Shown here in pieces: positions 37,801 through 52,800 of a stretch of 64,000 nucleotides of DNA. The stretch lies in contig NC_092672.1 in assembly GCF_964355755.1 (NCBI RefSeq), forward strand, positions 32,494,437 through 32,558,436, written 5' to 3'. The notes beneath the pieces were generated by a model. It saw only the letters and a list, made by a program, of their open reading frames with translations. It ran no database searches and was not told the DNA's origin. Position 1 is the stretch's first letter. Each line of letters opens with the position of its first letter. The DNA comes from Antedon mediterranea. Lineage: Eukaryota > Animalia > Echinodermata. Made by a program: the position numbers and the translations under genes.

Positions 37801-40800
37801 TTTTGCTTTGCTATTATCAATTTAGTTGGTGCTTGACACGTTTCGTGATCCCGCTAGATTACACAACATCGGTAATGTATCAGTATTTTTATGAGTTGCG
37901 ATGAGTAAAGACTCTCCACGGTGTCTTTAGTACGCAGCGTCCTTCCTCGACATAGCACGTATCTTGACGAGGAAGAATTAGATTCATTGTTTAAAAAATG
38001 CGTTTCAATGTTTTGCTTTCCTCTTTATGTAACTGTACTAAATGCAAAGTAGTTACTGCAGTAGAATAATTTTGATCAAACTTTATGTGATGTACCCATA
38101 TATGGACATGATGATGCAATACCACTACCATGTTTGGGTAAATCACTACCATATTTGGGCATATCACATTTTTTCAAAATAGTTTTGATAGTGTAGATAG
38201 ATCTTAACAAACACTCAACTTACTTGTAATAAAAGTATAAATTGTGGAAATCGTTGAATAGGTTTTAACATTAAGCCGTACAAACTTAACCGGTCTTTGC
38301 TACTGTTTTGCTGTTCCTAAAAATAAATTAGTAAATCAGTCAAAGTTAGAACAATAACAACAAATCTTTATTTCATTTTTACCAATGGAAAAACAGAAAG
38401 CTTCCACGATGTCATACCATAAGGCAATTATATTAATGAATGTTTATGAGTTTTACTTTTAAAAAAAGGCAGCGCCCTTATTTTGGCCACAAAATAGAAA
38501 GCATGCAACATCTTAGCTTCCCAACATGCGACTGTCACCTATTTAAAAAAAAAAAATCTGCCGTGTAATATACTATAAATAGAACTAAACTTTAGCATGC
38601 AATAGAACTAATACAACTGTATGGCAGGCAAAATCAAATGGCAAAGATATATATTCAGGTGTATTATAATAGTTGATTAATGATTGTAATATGATGGGCC
38701 CTCTGGGAGACCAGTCTTTGACTGAAGAGGTTACCCAGTTTTAATATATATTCCAATCAATGCAATGTCATACTACTGTACTAAATAGTGCCTCTGAAAC
38801 CATATCATAGATTAAATTGATACTTTACACACATACATATAAAAATCCTGTTGAGGAGTAAATCCATATAACTGTATGAAATTTCTTGCTGCACTTTACT
38901 AATATTGATTAATTTAATTGACAGAACTTACTAAAATAAAATCGTTGAAAGCTGGTCTAAGAGCGGCTGCTTTCTTTGCAGTATCCATTGCATTGGTAAA
39001 GTTGTTAACATAAGCACTATATACATCCAATACCATTGCTTTTGAAAACTGTAACCAAAAGATGAAGAAAGATAGATGAATGAATGAATGCAGGCTGTCC
39101 TCTGAATAGGGATGCAAAGTAATAATGACTTATCTATTCCATTATGGAATAACTCTCAGGGTAAAAGAACTAAACTAACTAAATTATGGAATTCTCTACC
39201 AAATAACATAAAATCAGAACTGCATATGTCTTTGGCAACTTTTAAATCTTCACTATAGAAAACATGTATTAACCTTTTTGCCTTCACAATTGTAAATAGT
39301 TTTATATCTGTTTTCTTTCCTTTTGTTTTTCTTTTTATTTTATTTTTGTTGTAAATATGTTTACTGAACCACTTTGGAAATCAGTACATTTGTATTGAAA
39401 GTGTATTTCAGTTTAAAGAAAGAAAAAATAAATAAAGAAATAAATAAATAAGGGGTCAATTTTGCTGCAAGTAAATTATACAGCAGAACTCCTATTAAAG
39501 GATCCAACTGAATAGTGGTTGGTGTAATGACATTTATTTATTTTTTATTTCACGGGAAAGTGTTCCCTTAATAGGGCTGTCATCTGAATACGGGTTAACC
39601 ATAGTGTTGAACTATATATTTTGTTTCATTGGTGCCTTATAGGAATGTCCTTTTAATTGGGTGCTACTGTATCTGGTTTAATAGGGTGTAAAAAAAACGT
39701 ATATACAAATATTTATAATAATTTTTTAAATAATAAAATCATTTTAACTAATTGTGTTGTTGCTTTAGTATAAAACACTGGAAAATTGATCAATGTTTAT
39801 AAAATCTCTCTGGCAAAAATTAACACCTGCTTTGGTTGATTCAAATTATAATTGGGACAAAAAAGTAAAAGAAATCATGGCAAGATTGACATTAACTATG
39901 ATACAGAAATGTTCTACATTTTCACTTTAAAAATAATGTAAATTTTCAATTGATGAATATAAACTTGAGAAAGAAAATTTGGAAACGTGGTATTCATAAA
40001 ATTGTCATCAATGTCAGTCAGCTAGTCCCATTTATGCATATAAAATAAAAAATTGTTAAAAAATAAATAAAATAGTTTACTGTATCCATCCTGTAATTGG
40101 CGAGTTACTCGTTACTTTTTGAAATAAATAAATTTTTAAAAAATTCAAAGGGTAGACTATTAAGCTTCAAAATATGATGCCAATTAGATTTTTTCTAGCC
40201 CCACTCCCCACCTCCCATTAAGGGGATACTGATATGCAAGATGTATGTCAACGAATATAGAATTTAATACTTAATTCCACAGCAAACAACTATTTAGGGG
40301 TATTAAAGAGGCACTTTGTTGGGTCCTAAATGTGTCCCCTTATGGAGGTGTATATGGTGATGACTAATACGATAGTATAAATAATATTTCTACGACTTAA
40401 CTTCAATAGCTAATAATCTGAATAAAGACGACACATAGGCTTACAAAACGCTATTGGCAATCAAACTGCTATGTTCGTGTACAACAATTAATCTTTCTTT
40501 AGTTTTAGAAAATGTTATTATCAAATTAACTCAATTCCCTTGGGAGTCCAACCGAATCAATTTATTCTTTGATTGATGTCTTGAATGTGAATGTGTTCTG
40601 TGTAACTGTACTTTAAAGGTTTCACCATATATTTTTCATTGCAACTTAATGGAATAAATGGAGAAGATAAATACTATGATGAACTGTTCCTCAAAGTATT
40701 TATGCCCTAAAGGTGCAATGGATTGAAAAAAAAGTTCAAACATACATTGTTTCTTATATTAATTTATATTTTTTTGTGTACATTTTATTTTTTAAAAGAC

Positions 40801-43800
40801 TTGCTATTCTAAAAGCATTAAGGAAACTGTTCCGTAAACCTAAAAGCTAACAAATCTAAATCGTGTTTCTTCAAGAAGTGATTTTAAATTCTGTCTTTAA
40901 CTTGGCAATAAACTTAAGAATTTCTTGATTACGTCAAGAAGCCTTCAATAATGAGTTTCAATCACTAATTACAGGATGAGAAATAAACCCACACTTTAAT
41001 ACTTAAGTGATGATCCAACGCTTTAAATAGTTTTATTAGATCACAATTCTGTACCAGTTGGAAGTTGTTCAAAGATGTTATATAACTACCTAGAGAGTCA
41101 ACTAGAAATGGCAATCAAATTAATAATTTCTTGGTCAAAGTTTGAAATTTGCATACAACGATAGCTTGCATTCATGGAGATGTAGATGGAGTCATATCAT
41201 TTTGAGCTGTGATCACATTGGTGTTGACACTCTAGAATTATATAATCGCTTTGGAGTTGTTACACACAAGAGGTCATAACATCATAATTAATCAGGTGGT
41301 TGATGATGTCCTCAAGGTCATTATTTATTCATCTACTGTTCATTTACCTTATTTATAATTTGTTTACATTTTTTTAGTACAAATTTAAAAGTTGACTATA
41401 CTTACAGATGCTACAAAAACATCTCCAATTTCTCCCGTTTCGTCCCAGTGTTTGACACGACTAGAGAGGGCGATCTGAAACATCAGGTGGCATTGATAGA
41501 TACCGCGTATTCTGTAAAATATTGTTCGTATCTTCTCTTTCTCCAATAATGGAGGGTCTTTTTCAAGGAGAGGTTTTTCATACGACTACAAAAAAAAATG
41601 AAACTATTATCACACTGTATTTATGACACAATTTGCAAAGCTTTGTTTACAAATGAAAATGGCTTAAATAAAAATCTAAAATGAAACCTTACAATAGATT
41701 GAAATGACACTTTACACAGATCCATTCCTTTGTTTTAACCATATGCACCACAACCATATTTTGCCATTGTAATTTATTCGCAAAAGTGTAGTGCACTCTG
41801 TAGTGAGTCTATAGACAGATGTATTTTGTAGAGCTTACTAATGTCAACCAGTAAATTCTTAGGCCAAGGCTAAAAGGAAATTCATAATATAATTCTCACC
41901 TGTATTAATCGCTGTAGTGACATCATATAAGACTTTTCACTGTCCATAATAGATTGCAATATATGCCGACGGATCACTTGCCCCTGGGTGAGGCCGTCCG
42001 GTTGAGGGGGAAGGGTCGGAGGTGGGTGCTTAGATTGACATAGTTTGACATCGTAGATGTGTATTTCCTCTGGGTCTGCCGAGGAAAAATTATAAGAATT
42101 TCATTAATTATTAACACTAATAAAACTTTATGTGTGTGCCCATTTGTAAGGGTGTGTGGCAAAGTGCGTTGGACGTTGGACTACTGATCGTAAGATCGTG
42201 GTTCGAATCCAACTCTGCCGCATTGCTTGTATCCTTTAGTCAAGATACTTTACTTACGTTTGCCTCTCTCCACCCAGGTGTATAAAATGGGTACCCGGTT
42301 TAGATCAAGACACAACTTTGCGCTGATTACTAGCTGCATTATGTTTCCATTTGTGTTTGATGCAAAATGACTGGGGTAATAATGTTCAGTGCTTAGAGGT
42401 TTCACAACATTAGGCGCTATATAAATCCAGGATATTATTATTATTATGGACACGATAATGTCATATCACTACCATATTTGGTATAACACTTTTTTTGTCA
42501 GACAAGTTTGATAGTGTAGACAGAGCTTTAGTTAAAAATGAGCTATTAATCCTACCTACAAAAATTCTTTGAATAGCTCATAGGAAAGAATAACTAGATC
42601 TATAGGTTTGCTTGATTCAGACATTTTAATATCCGAGTTCTTAAATTAGCTTCCAGCTGCCTGAGTAAATATCTATCAACGTTATATATTGCAATTAATG
42701 TATGTTACTAATATTAGTGGATTTTTTTTGTAAGTTAAAAACTTATCTATAATTAAAATGTGATCAATTAAAATTTCTATTGTATCAAGTCATGTTTCAA
42801 TGCCAATTCTCTGTCTACACTATCAAACTTTATGTGACAAACAAAATTGTGATGTGCTCATATATGGACACGATGATGTCAAATCACTACCATATTTGGG
42901 CATATCACTACCATATTTGGGCATATCACTACCATATTTTGCCACATCACACTTTTTTTTATCAAACTACAGTAGTTTGATAGTGTAGACAGAGCTTAAG
43001 AATTGAGAATGAACAGGTGAAGGAGGTTTTTAATAAAATCGTGGGAGATGCTGTCCGTATTTGATGGTTTTATACTTCACCTTAGGCTGTGACATTCAGA
43101 CGAGCACAGAAATAATTAACAGCTAAACCTTTGTTGATTTATCTAATGCACATTACGGTCTAACAAGAACATTCCCTGCCAAGCAAACATGTGAGAGACA
43201 ATGTCAAGTTAATGTAATGCATTGGGAAATCCCCTACAATTTTTGAAAATATGTTTTGTTTTTTTTGACAACATAAGCTTTATGAAATATCGAGAAATCT
43301 TGATTTTTGTTTACAATTTTCATTTCATCTTTCACATCTGACAAATGACAGCAAGTCACCTGCCAATTACAGGATGGATAAAGTATATCCGGCTTATAAG
43401 TACCATTTGAGGAAACAGTCATGTTTTACATTGTGGCACCAGGTCGAGATTCTTGACAATGTGAAATATATGTTTTAACTATATGGCCAACCCTTATTCA
43501 AAGGGCACCTCTATTAAGGGGACACTTTGTTAGGTGCCGTACAGTTCAAGATTCAAGAAATGTTATTGGTCCACTTAAATGGAAATTAATTTTGCTTGGC
43601 ATAATTAAGACAATAAAAGTATAAAGAAAAATATTGTACATCGAATTGCAAAAACTCTATAGGCCAATGTTAAAATACTTTTAATACTAGGCCTATGTTA
43701 AAATACTGTTAAAAACGCGGATTGCAAAAACGCCAAACGCCAATGTAAAATACTGTTAAAATGATACAAATTCAAAACAAAAATTACAGTATAGAGTTTA

Positions 43801-46800
43801 TCGTTGATTGTTTGAATTATACATATGATTGCTATTTACAAACAAAGGACTTCCTAGTTCTAGATTGATTGGCTTTTTTACTGCAATTTAAAAATACACC
43901 ACACTATACAAGAACTTGCTGCTTAATCATTAGCATAGAGATATTAGGCCTATCTCTATGATCTGAATAAACGAAACTCCAGTTTTCAATGTGATTAACA
44001 CAATTCAATTGGAAATTACAGAAATGCGTGCATTTGATGACTACGCGTCCCAAGGGCCCGGCAACATTTGTAGGTTACGTACGAAAAGGTGCCTTATACC
44101 ATGACTACTGCTATACAACAGGAAGTCCATTTAGATATTCATGATGAAATAGATGAACTGGAAATAACATTTAATAAATGTAATTTTGTTCCTGAAAAGC
44201 ATTAATAGATTTTGCATAAAATGCCTGTGAATAGTGTGTAGTACAATCAAGGCAATCTGACAACAGGACACTGAGCTCGTCTTGACAAGATAGGCACTCA
44301 TAACAATCCTATGATTTTATCTCTGGCTGCAGCAAATACCAACAGTACTGAACTATGCACATGACTCTCTGTGGCATGCGGTGCCTGTTAAAGAGAGTGG
44401 AGCTGATCGTGTCGCAGCCACAGGTGAACCCTTTGATCTTCGGAGCTCAGTATCATTAGTACTATTGTTACATTGAAAAAAAAATATTCACCTACCTTAA
44501 CCAGCTTTGAACAGAATAAAATAATGTTGATTTTTACACAAAAAACTTATTTTTTATTTTTATGAAAGTTTATATATATTTTTCATTAATTTTTATTAAC
44601 CTTTTACTATTAGACAGATAGTGAAGAATATTGGTTAATTTATAGTATAGAAGAGTACATTTTCTCACCTTCTTCCAAATCTTCTTCTTTGGCTTCTGTC
44701 TTTGATGAGTATGAGTTCCGAACACCAAAAAACAGACTTCGAACTTTGTCTAAACTCCGCCTACTTTTCACCTATAAAATTATATATTATTATTATAAAG
44801 TGTTCAAATGATTAGTATATTGGTATTATAATAGTGATTCAATTATAATACAGAATATTAATATTTATATACTGTTATACAGTAGAACCTTCCTTGGGAT
44901 ACACCTATTAAGGGGACATTTTACTATGCGGAAGTTTCCTAGGGAAAATATTATTATACATAATGGCTTATCACTATTCAGAGGACACCCCTATTATGGG
45001 GACACTTTATTTGATCCTGAAGGTGTCCCTTATAGGAGTTTTTCTACTGCATTTAATGCTCTGTCCAGACTATCTAATTAGTTTGACAAAAAAAAAGTAT
45101 GATGTGCCCAAATATGGTATTGATATGCTTAAATATGGTAGTGATATGACATCATCATGTCCATATATGGGCACATTTTTTTATTATTTTATATAATTAT
45201 ATAATAGTATTAATTAATATATTTAATGTTTGTGGAAGAGGCTGATTATTAATATTATAGGGATCATTCAATTGGCTGAACTAAAGCTTTCTCTACATTA
45301 TCAAACTTTATGTGACAAAAAAATGTGATATGCCCATATATGGACATGATGTCATATCACTACCATAGTTGGGCATATCACCACCATATTTGGGCATTTC
45401 ACACTTGTTTTTGTCACATACAGTTTGACAGTGTAGACAGAGCTTAAAACAATAGGAACATTGTTAGTAAAAAAGAGAATAAGTTCAATATAGAGAATTG
45501 TTTATCTAGTAGTAAGTAGGTATAGTAAGTAAAACAGAAAATATAAGAAATACATGCAGTTTTAAAATAAAATGAATCAGTTGAAAAGTTGAAAGGCAAG
45601 CATCTACACACAAATAAACTGATAAAAAATGATATAAGCAAATATGACTAGATGATAAGTTGCAAAGATGTTTTACAAAACACAGGGTCAAGTCACAGAT
45701 TGGACATCAACACCACCCACCCCTCCTCACTGTTATGCTTCCATAGAAACAATTTACATTTTCTTTTATCAACTTTTTCTTCATATTTCAATGTTAACTA
45801 CACTTGCAATTATTAATCAAAATATTAAAATTGTATGAATTTTGCAGTTCATAATAATACATAAACATCTTTCAAATTCTTTCTTCAACTTCGAATACAA
45901 GGTAATAAATTCTACATTAGATAACTGTACGCCTAATTTCTTAGAAGTGCGGTTACTATTAAAGAAAATAGCTCTAAGTCTTTATCGTACTTAATACAAT
46001 CATCATATAAAGCACATTAATATACTTCTTTGTTTACCTTGTCATTCTTGGTACGTTTCTGATTATATTTAAAAGCTTAAAAGCAACATACTATGTTTGC
46101 TTAGGTTTTGTAATTAATGAATGTTAGGGGAATTAAATTACTCGTGGGTAGAGATAGTTATTTATAGAGGTCAGCCAGTATTATTCTCAACTTTCTTGTG
46201 AGAACAACCAAGGAAAAAGAACAATAAATGGCCAACCCCTATTCATGGGACATCCCTATAAATGGGACACCCCTATACATGGGACACCCTTATTCATGGG
46301 ATACCCATATTCATGGGATACCCATATTCATGGGACATCCTTATAAATGGGACACCCCTATTCATGGGATACCCATATTCATGGGATACCCATATTCATG
46401 GGACATCCCTATTTATGGGATATCCCATGAATATGGGATACCCCTATTTATGGAAAATCCATATTCATGGGACATCCCTATTCATGGGTTACCCCTATTC
46501 ATGGGATACCCTTATTCCTGAGACACCCCTATTTATGGGACATCCCTATTCATGGGACATCCTTATTCATGGGGTAATTTCCTGTAAAATGATTAAGGAT
46601 ACATACTCCTGTCAACCCCTTCTAAGGGGACACAGTGTTGGTTCCAAGGGTATTACCTTAATAGAGGTATTGTAGTTTCATTTTATTCAAACATATTGCT
46701 AAATCCATATAAAAAAATAAACATATTTAAATATGCATGTATAAGGTCACTAAAATAATTTTTTTTATAAAATAAAAGTTCTAAAATCAAGAATAACAAT

Positions 46801-49800
46801 TTAAGAAAGAAATTTTGAAAGAAATTGAATTTTGAAAATGTATCAGTTATTTGGTAAAAGTAGAAAGTAATGTATGTACTCTTATTACTCAACCTACATA
46901 CAGGAATATGACAGTGATATATGGAGTGGCTATTGGCAATCTGCGTCCTCAATTTAAACAGCATTAAAATTATGATACAACTATAACACAATTTAATTCC
47001 ATTAACTTTACTAACTTGAGGTTTTCAATATATTTAAGCACTGCTAATACCTTACTTTCTGCTTTGCAACGTAATTTATTTTAGTCTTCCAATATAATTT
47101 ATTTAACTCTACAATGACAAGTAATTTATTTCAATCTTTATCCCAATCCTCTACATAGGATTAGAACTTGTTAATGGGTTTAAAAAGCAACGTTTCATCC
47201 AATCTACTTCTTGTTGATTTCCAAGTTATTCAAGGCGTCGCACGCAAGGCCGTCTAAACGGCGCCACTCGCTAATCACTGATGTTGTACTTCGACGATTA
47301 AACAGATTTAGGTTCTCGCAAATATGTTTTTAATACTTCTAAAGTGGAAATCTAAAATAATAACATTTGTTAAATACTCACTACTAAATACTAAAAGAAA
47401 CATTTTGATGCGATATCTACCAAAATTCTACAACCTTATGTAGGTAGCATACCATCCAACAATACTAATCCAACAACAAAAATTGTTCACAAGGTTATAG
47501 TAAAAGAAACATTTTGATCTACCAAAATTCTACAACCTATAGATAGGTAGTGTACCATCTCACAATACTAATTCAGCTGAAGAAATATTGACAAAGTCGG
47601 TAAAAGAAAGAGATACACACCAAACTTTTCCAGCCTAAGGTAGGTTGCGTACCATCTCTCAATACTAATTTAGCTGAAGAAATATTGACAAAGTCGGTAA
47701 AAGAAAGAGATACACACCAAACTTTTCCAGCCTAAGGTAGGTTGCGTACCATCTCTCAATACTAATTTAGCTGAAGAAATATTGACAAAGTCGGTAAAAG
47801 AAAGAGATACACACCAAACTTTTCCAGCCTAAGGTAGGTTGCGTACCATCTCTCAATACTAATTTAGCTGAAGAAATATTGACAAAGTCGGTAAAAGAAA
47901 GAGATACACACCAAACTTTTCCAGCCTAAGGTAGGTTGCGTACCATCTCTCAATACTAATTTAGCTGAAGAAATATTGACAAAGTCGGTAAAAGAAAGAG
48001 ATACACACCAAACTTTTCCAGCCTAAGGTAGGTTGCATACCATCTCTCAATACTAATTTAGCTGAAGAAATATTGACAAAGTCGGTAAAAGAAAGAGATA
48101 CACACCAAACTTTTCCAGCCTAAGGTAGGTTGCGTACCATTTCTCAATACTAATTTAGCTGAAGAAATATTGACAAAGTCGGTAAAAGAAAGAGATACAC
48201 ACCAAACTTTTCCAGCCTAAGGTAGGTTGCGTACCATCTCTCAATACTAATTTAGCTGAAGAAATATTGACAAAGTCGGTAAAAGAAAGAGATACACACC
48301 AAACTTTTCCAGCCTAAGGTAGGTTGCGTACCATCTCTCAATACTAATTTAGCTGAAGAAATATTGACAAAGTCGGTAAAAGAAAGAGATACACACCAAT
48401 TTTTCCAGCCTAAGGTAGGTTGCGTACTATCTCTCAATACTAATTTAGCTGAAGAAATATTGACAAAGTCGGTAAAAGAAAGAGATATACCCCAAACTTT
48501 TCCAGCCTAAGGTAGGTTGCGTACCATCTCACAATACTCTGAAAGAATGTTCACAAAGTCTGTAAAAGAAATATTATTTCTTTTAACGACTTTGACTTTG
48601 ATGAGATATCGAACAAAATTCTACAACCTCAAGTATTGCAAACTACACTACCAATCGAACTGAAAGAATGTAGTATGATCTTGATAAAGACATCTACCAA
48701 ACTTTCAAATTTGAGAAACAATCTCAAAATGCTAATAAAACTGAAACGCTTTCCCAATAATTTTCAAAAGTCATCTGACCAACTCCTAACATTTCGTTAC
48801 ATACCAATAGGTACCAAAAATCAGTGAACGTTACTAATTTACTAAGTTACTAATCACACTTAAATAAATTAATAACTTAACACATTAAGTGAATTAATGA
48901 TCTCGTAATTACCTTCAAACTATTGCCTAAGTGGATACAACATCCTGTAGAGTTGCGAGACATCCTTTCCACTCCCATATCTAATTCCTTACGTGAATCG
49001 CATACAAGTTTGAATGTTTCACCGTAAATGTTTCCAAGGAACGTTACTCAAACCCTGGCAACCTTCAGAAGTTTCCTCTTGACTAATGAAATTAAGTAAC
49101 CAACTAATGGAATGATTCACGACTCTACACGTACAGTAATACAACAAAAACATCAAATTATAAGCAAGCTTATCCAGTTCATGTGACCGAACTTTAATGT
49201 TAAAGGATATTTCCGGAGTAAAATCATTTTGAAAACTTTTCTAGATTTAGTTTTAATGTTTAAACAATAATTTAGAATGTGCATTACATAAACTTTGTTA
49301 TTTTTATTAAGCATTAAACATTGAAATGTTGTCAAATATCAGTGAGTGGGTGAGAAGTGAGCTGGGGGATGCGGGTAATTGAACAAGCACATGTCACAGA
49401 GGACAATGACTTTTACAAAAATATCGAATAAAATGCAGGACTGAAACAGCAGATGTAAAAGGTTAAAAACTGGTAGCCAGGAAGCTGCGATAAATCATAA
49501 CGTTATGGTCATGTGTTTACCGATAATTGTAAATGTACTTTTTCCACAAAAAAACTGCCGCGGCAATGATACATAATTGAATTTTTTGTAGTTTTCAGTT
49601 GATTTGAATTGTTCAAGTGCATAAGCTATAGTTTGTTTAGTTTCAGTTCAAAACATGCACGTGAATTCAGCGCCCAAAATACTAAACGTAACCAAGATTC
49701 TTCTCCGGCTTAGTGTAAACATAGCTTAAACCTCAACCTGTATCTCTTCTCCTTGATTTAAGTACAATCTTTAATTTCATTTTCCCATACATAGCTTGCC

Positions 49801-52800
49801 TCGTCAGACATTTTTTCCATTTATATTCTAGTTAATTAAAGTAAGTTTTTCAGCTATGAAATACAAGGTAAAGTTGATGTACCGTACAATGTACAAAAAA
49901 ACCCTAAATTAATAAATGGAGGTTTTCAGCTAGGTGGGGGAGAGAGGTTTTAATGTTTTTTGATGGAATTTTTATGTTTTTTGATGGAATTTTTATTGCG
50001 TTATTATTTTTAACTGCGTTAGGTTCAGTTATTAGTATCTCTAGGAAATCCTTGGTGTCCGACCGAAATATATATTAATTATTCTATATAAAATAAATAA
50101 TTTAAACATTCAAGGTTTTAAATAACTTAACCTTCGTGTAACCCAAGATTCACTAAAACCAAGCCAATCATTTATAATTACATTAACATAGTATAACAAT
50201 GGCTTTGTTAGGTATGTTGGAATATACTATTAATAGATTATTAAATAAATGATAAATAAAAATAGGATACTTGCTTTTAACTTCAGGACACCAATGGTGT
50301 TGAGGGTTGTTGCAAAGAGTGTAATTAAAAGAGGCAAAGGTTTGATAGTAGAGGGGTGAATGGGTATGATTTTGTTGGTGTTAAGGTTTTAGGTTGCTAA
50401 AGCGTTGAATCGATTTCTACCTTTTGTTACTAATTATACTCTTTTACATGTGGTTAGGAAACGAAAAAAATTGACAAACCACAAAAAAGATTGTTTATAC
50501 TTTGTAAATTCTGAAAGGCATGGGATTAGAAGTTATAAATGAAGGAGAAATAAAAATATACTTTTAATTTAACTAATCAATCAAGAGAACGATTAAACCA
50601 TCAATCAGTTAATCATTAATTTAATTAAAATCGATATTTAGATTAGAAAAAGTTCTACAGCAAATTCCTTATCAGTGACAGTTATGTGTAACTTTAAGTT
50701 TACACTCAGTCACATGCTAAAAGCTCCATTCAGTAGCTTAGAAATGTCAATTAACAGAAGGACAGCTACGCAAACACAGTCAGTGCCTATGGCATCCATT
50801 CCTTTTAGCTGGATATCTTTAACATGAATTAGGTAAAAGTTTAAATGGTAGATCCAGATAATAATTGGGGGAGGGGACGGGAGCTTTAGGGCGGAAGAGG
50901 TGAAGGAACAGACATTATAGAGGTGAAAAAAGCTACACAAATAGGATAGGTGCATAGCATCCTTTTTTAGGAGGGTATCTTTTAAATTTAGGTTTATTTG
51001 TATGGTCATATAGTTACAAGTTTAAATGGTACATCCAGGAAATAACTGGAGGGGGATGGGTGAAAGAGAAAGATCTATGCAAACTACATCTGTGCACATA
51101 CCATTCTTAGATAGATATGTTTTACATGAATTAGGTACAAGTTTAAATGGTAGATCCAGACAATAATTGGAGAAGGAAGTAGATTATATTATAGAACCAC
51201 CATTCTTGCACTTTTTAAAAACTAATTTTGAATTTAGGTGATCATTTTAGGTGTCATGAAGTAGGTGCAAGTTTAATTGGTGGCTCCAGGGAACAAAGGA
51301 AAATTCAAAATCCTATTCTTCATTTTTTTAATTAATATAAGAGAACATAAACAATGAATTTAAATGGTTGCTTTACGAACGAAATAGTACTCTTCTTACA
51401 ATTTTTGAAAATTATGCCTAAATGAGTGAATGTTTTAAACATTTTAAATTTCAGAATCGATCTTACAAAACTTATGATTTATTATCTATCATTACCATTT
51501 CAAATAGCTATCATCATGCAATGATAATATCTCTAATGTCTATCTATATCAGATAGATGATCCATGTAAATTAACATAATATTGCTATGTAGTATACGAA
51601 AACTCTGACTACACTACTTGACAAAAAAAGTGTGATGTGCCCAAATATGGCAGTGATATGCTTAAATATGGTAGTGATATGACATCACCATGTCCATATA
51701 TGGTATGGTAGTGATATGACATCACCATGTCCATATCACATTTAAAGTTGGATAGTGTAGACAGAGCTTTAAAAAATATGACATCAGTGTTCTTCCAAAG
51801 CAGGTCTTGCCAGCAAGATTTGCTGGACTAAATTTTCTCCTACCGGTAGTAAAAATGATGTAAGAAAATAATACACAAAATAAACACTTTTCTATTAGTA
51901 GATAGTACTGAGTAATAGTGGGTTAGGCCTTGCCATTAAAAATCTATGACCAGGAAAAATTGAAGGCTATTGTGTCAATAGGATAGAAAAAGTACAATAT
52001 TAGGTAGTACTTTTCTTTAAAAAAACCAGAATTGATTTCTCGGGAGAACATTATATAAATACAGGAATAAAGTACAGCAATACAAAAATAGAGAAGAAAC
52101 AAATTTATAATCAAATTTAGAAAAAAACATATACATGCAGAGCATTAACAAACTAATTATTACAGTAGAACCCTTCGTATGGATACCCCTGCTCAAAATA
52201 CTCCTCTGCTGAGGGGACACCCCTACTCAAGGGACTCCCCTGCTGAGGGGACACCCCTGCTGAGGGGACACCCCTACTCAAGGGACTCCCCTGCTGAGGG
52301 GACACCCCTTATTAAGGGGATACATTCATGTCAACAAACAAGGGCCATGTGTTGACACTACAGCAAATCTCTATTTAGGGGACACTCCTGTTTAAGGCCA
52401 ATTTACACAGAAGAACGGTAACGGCCAGCAGAAAAACTGCATAGCTTATCCCACATAGAATCTGTATAGCTATCCTAAAGCATTTTTTTCAGAAATAACA
52501 TAATTTATTTATATTATTTTGGTATTTTGGTTAAATTCCGCTTACCGTTCCCACACGTCTGTGCAGATTGGCCTTTAAGGAGACAACATTTTGAGTTACA
52601 AAGGGATTCTACTGTAGTACAAGTCTACTGGAGTATGCAATACAAATCTATTACTACTAAAGTTAGTATAACATTCAGAAAAGGTTATTAAAAAATTCAA
52701 CACACATAAGATATTAAAGAAACATACGGTAATGTATTAGTATAACTTTGACTTACCCATTCTACAAGAGGCGACTGCTGTAGAAAGCAACAAAAATGAA

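Noticed and set aside
44496-44504. 9-nt microexon (aag|CTGGTTAAG|gtaggt, minus strand)
   Set aside because: In this phase-1 intron it introduces TAA; AAG acceptor; could be chance without RNA data
47056-47352. Extra ARHGEF10 exon ending in gtaag at 47055
   Set aside because: In-frame stop upstream, and no phase-compatible acceptor or ATG found
47552-48540. CRISPR-like array
   Set aside because: Units are identical end to end with no unique spacers, no cas genes, eukaryotic context
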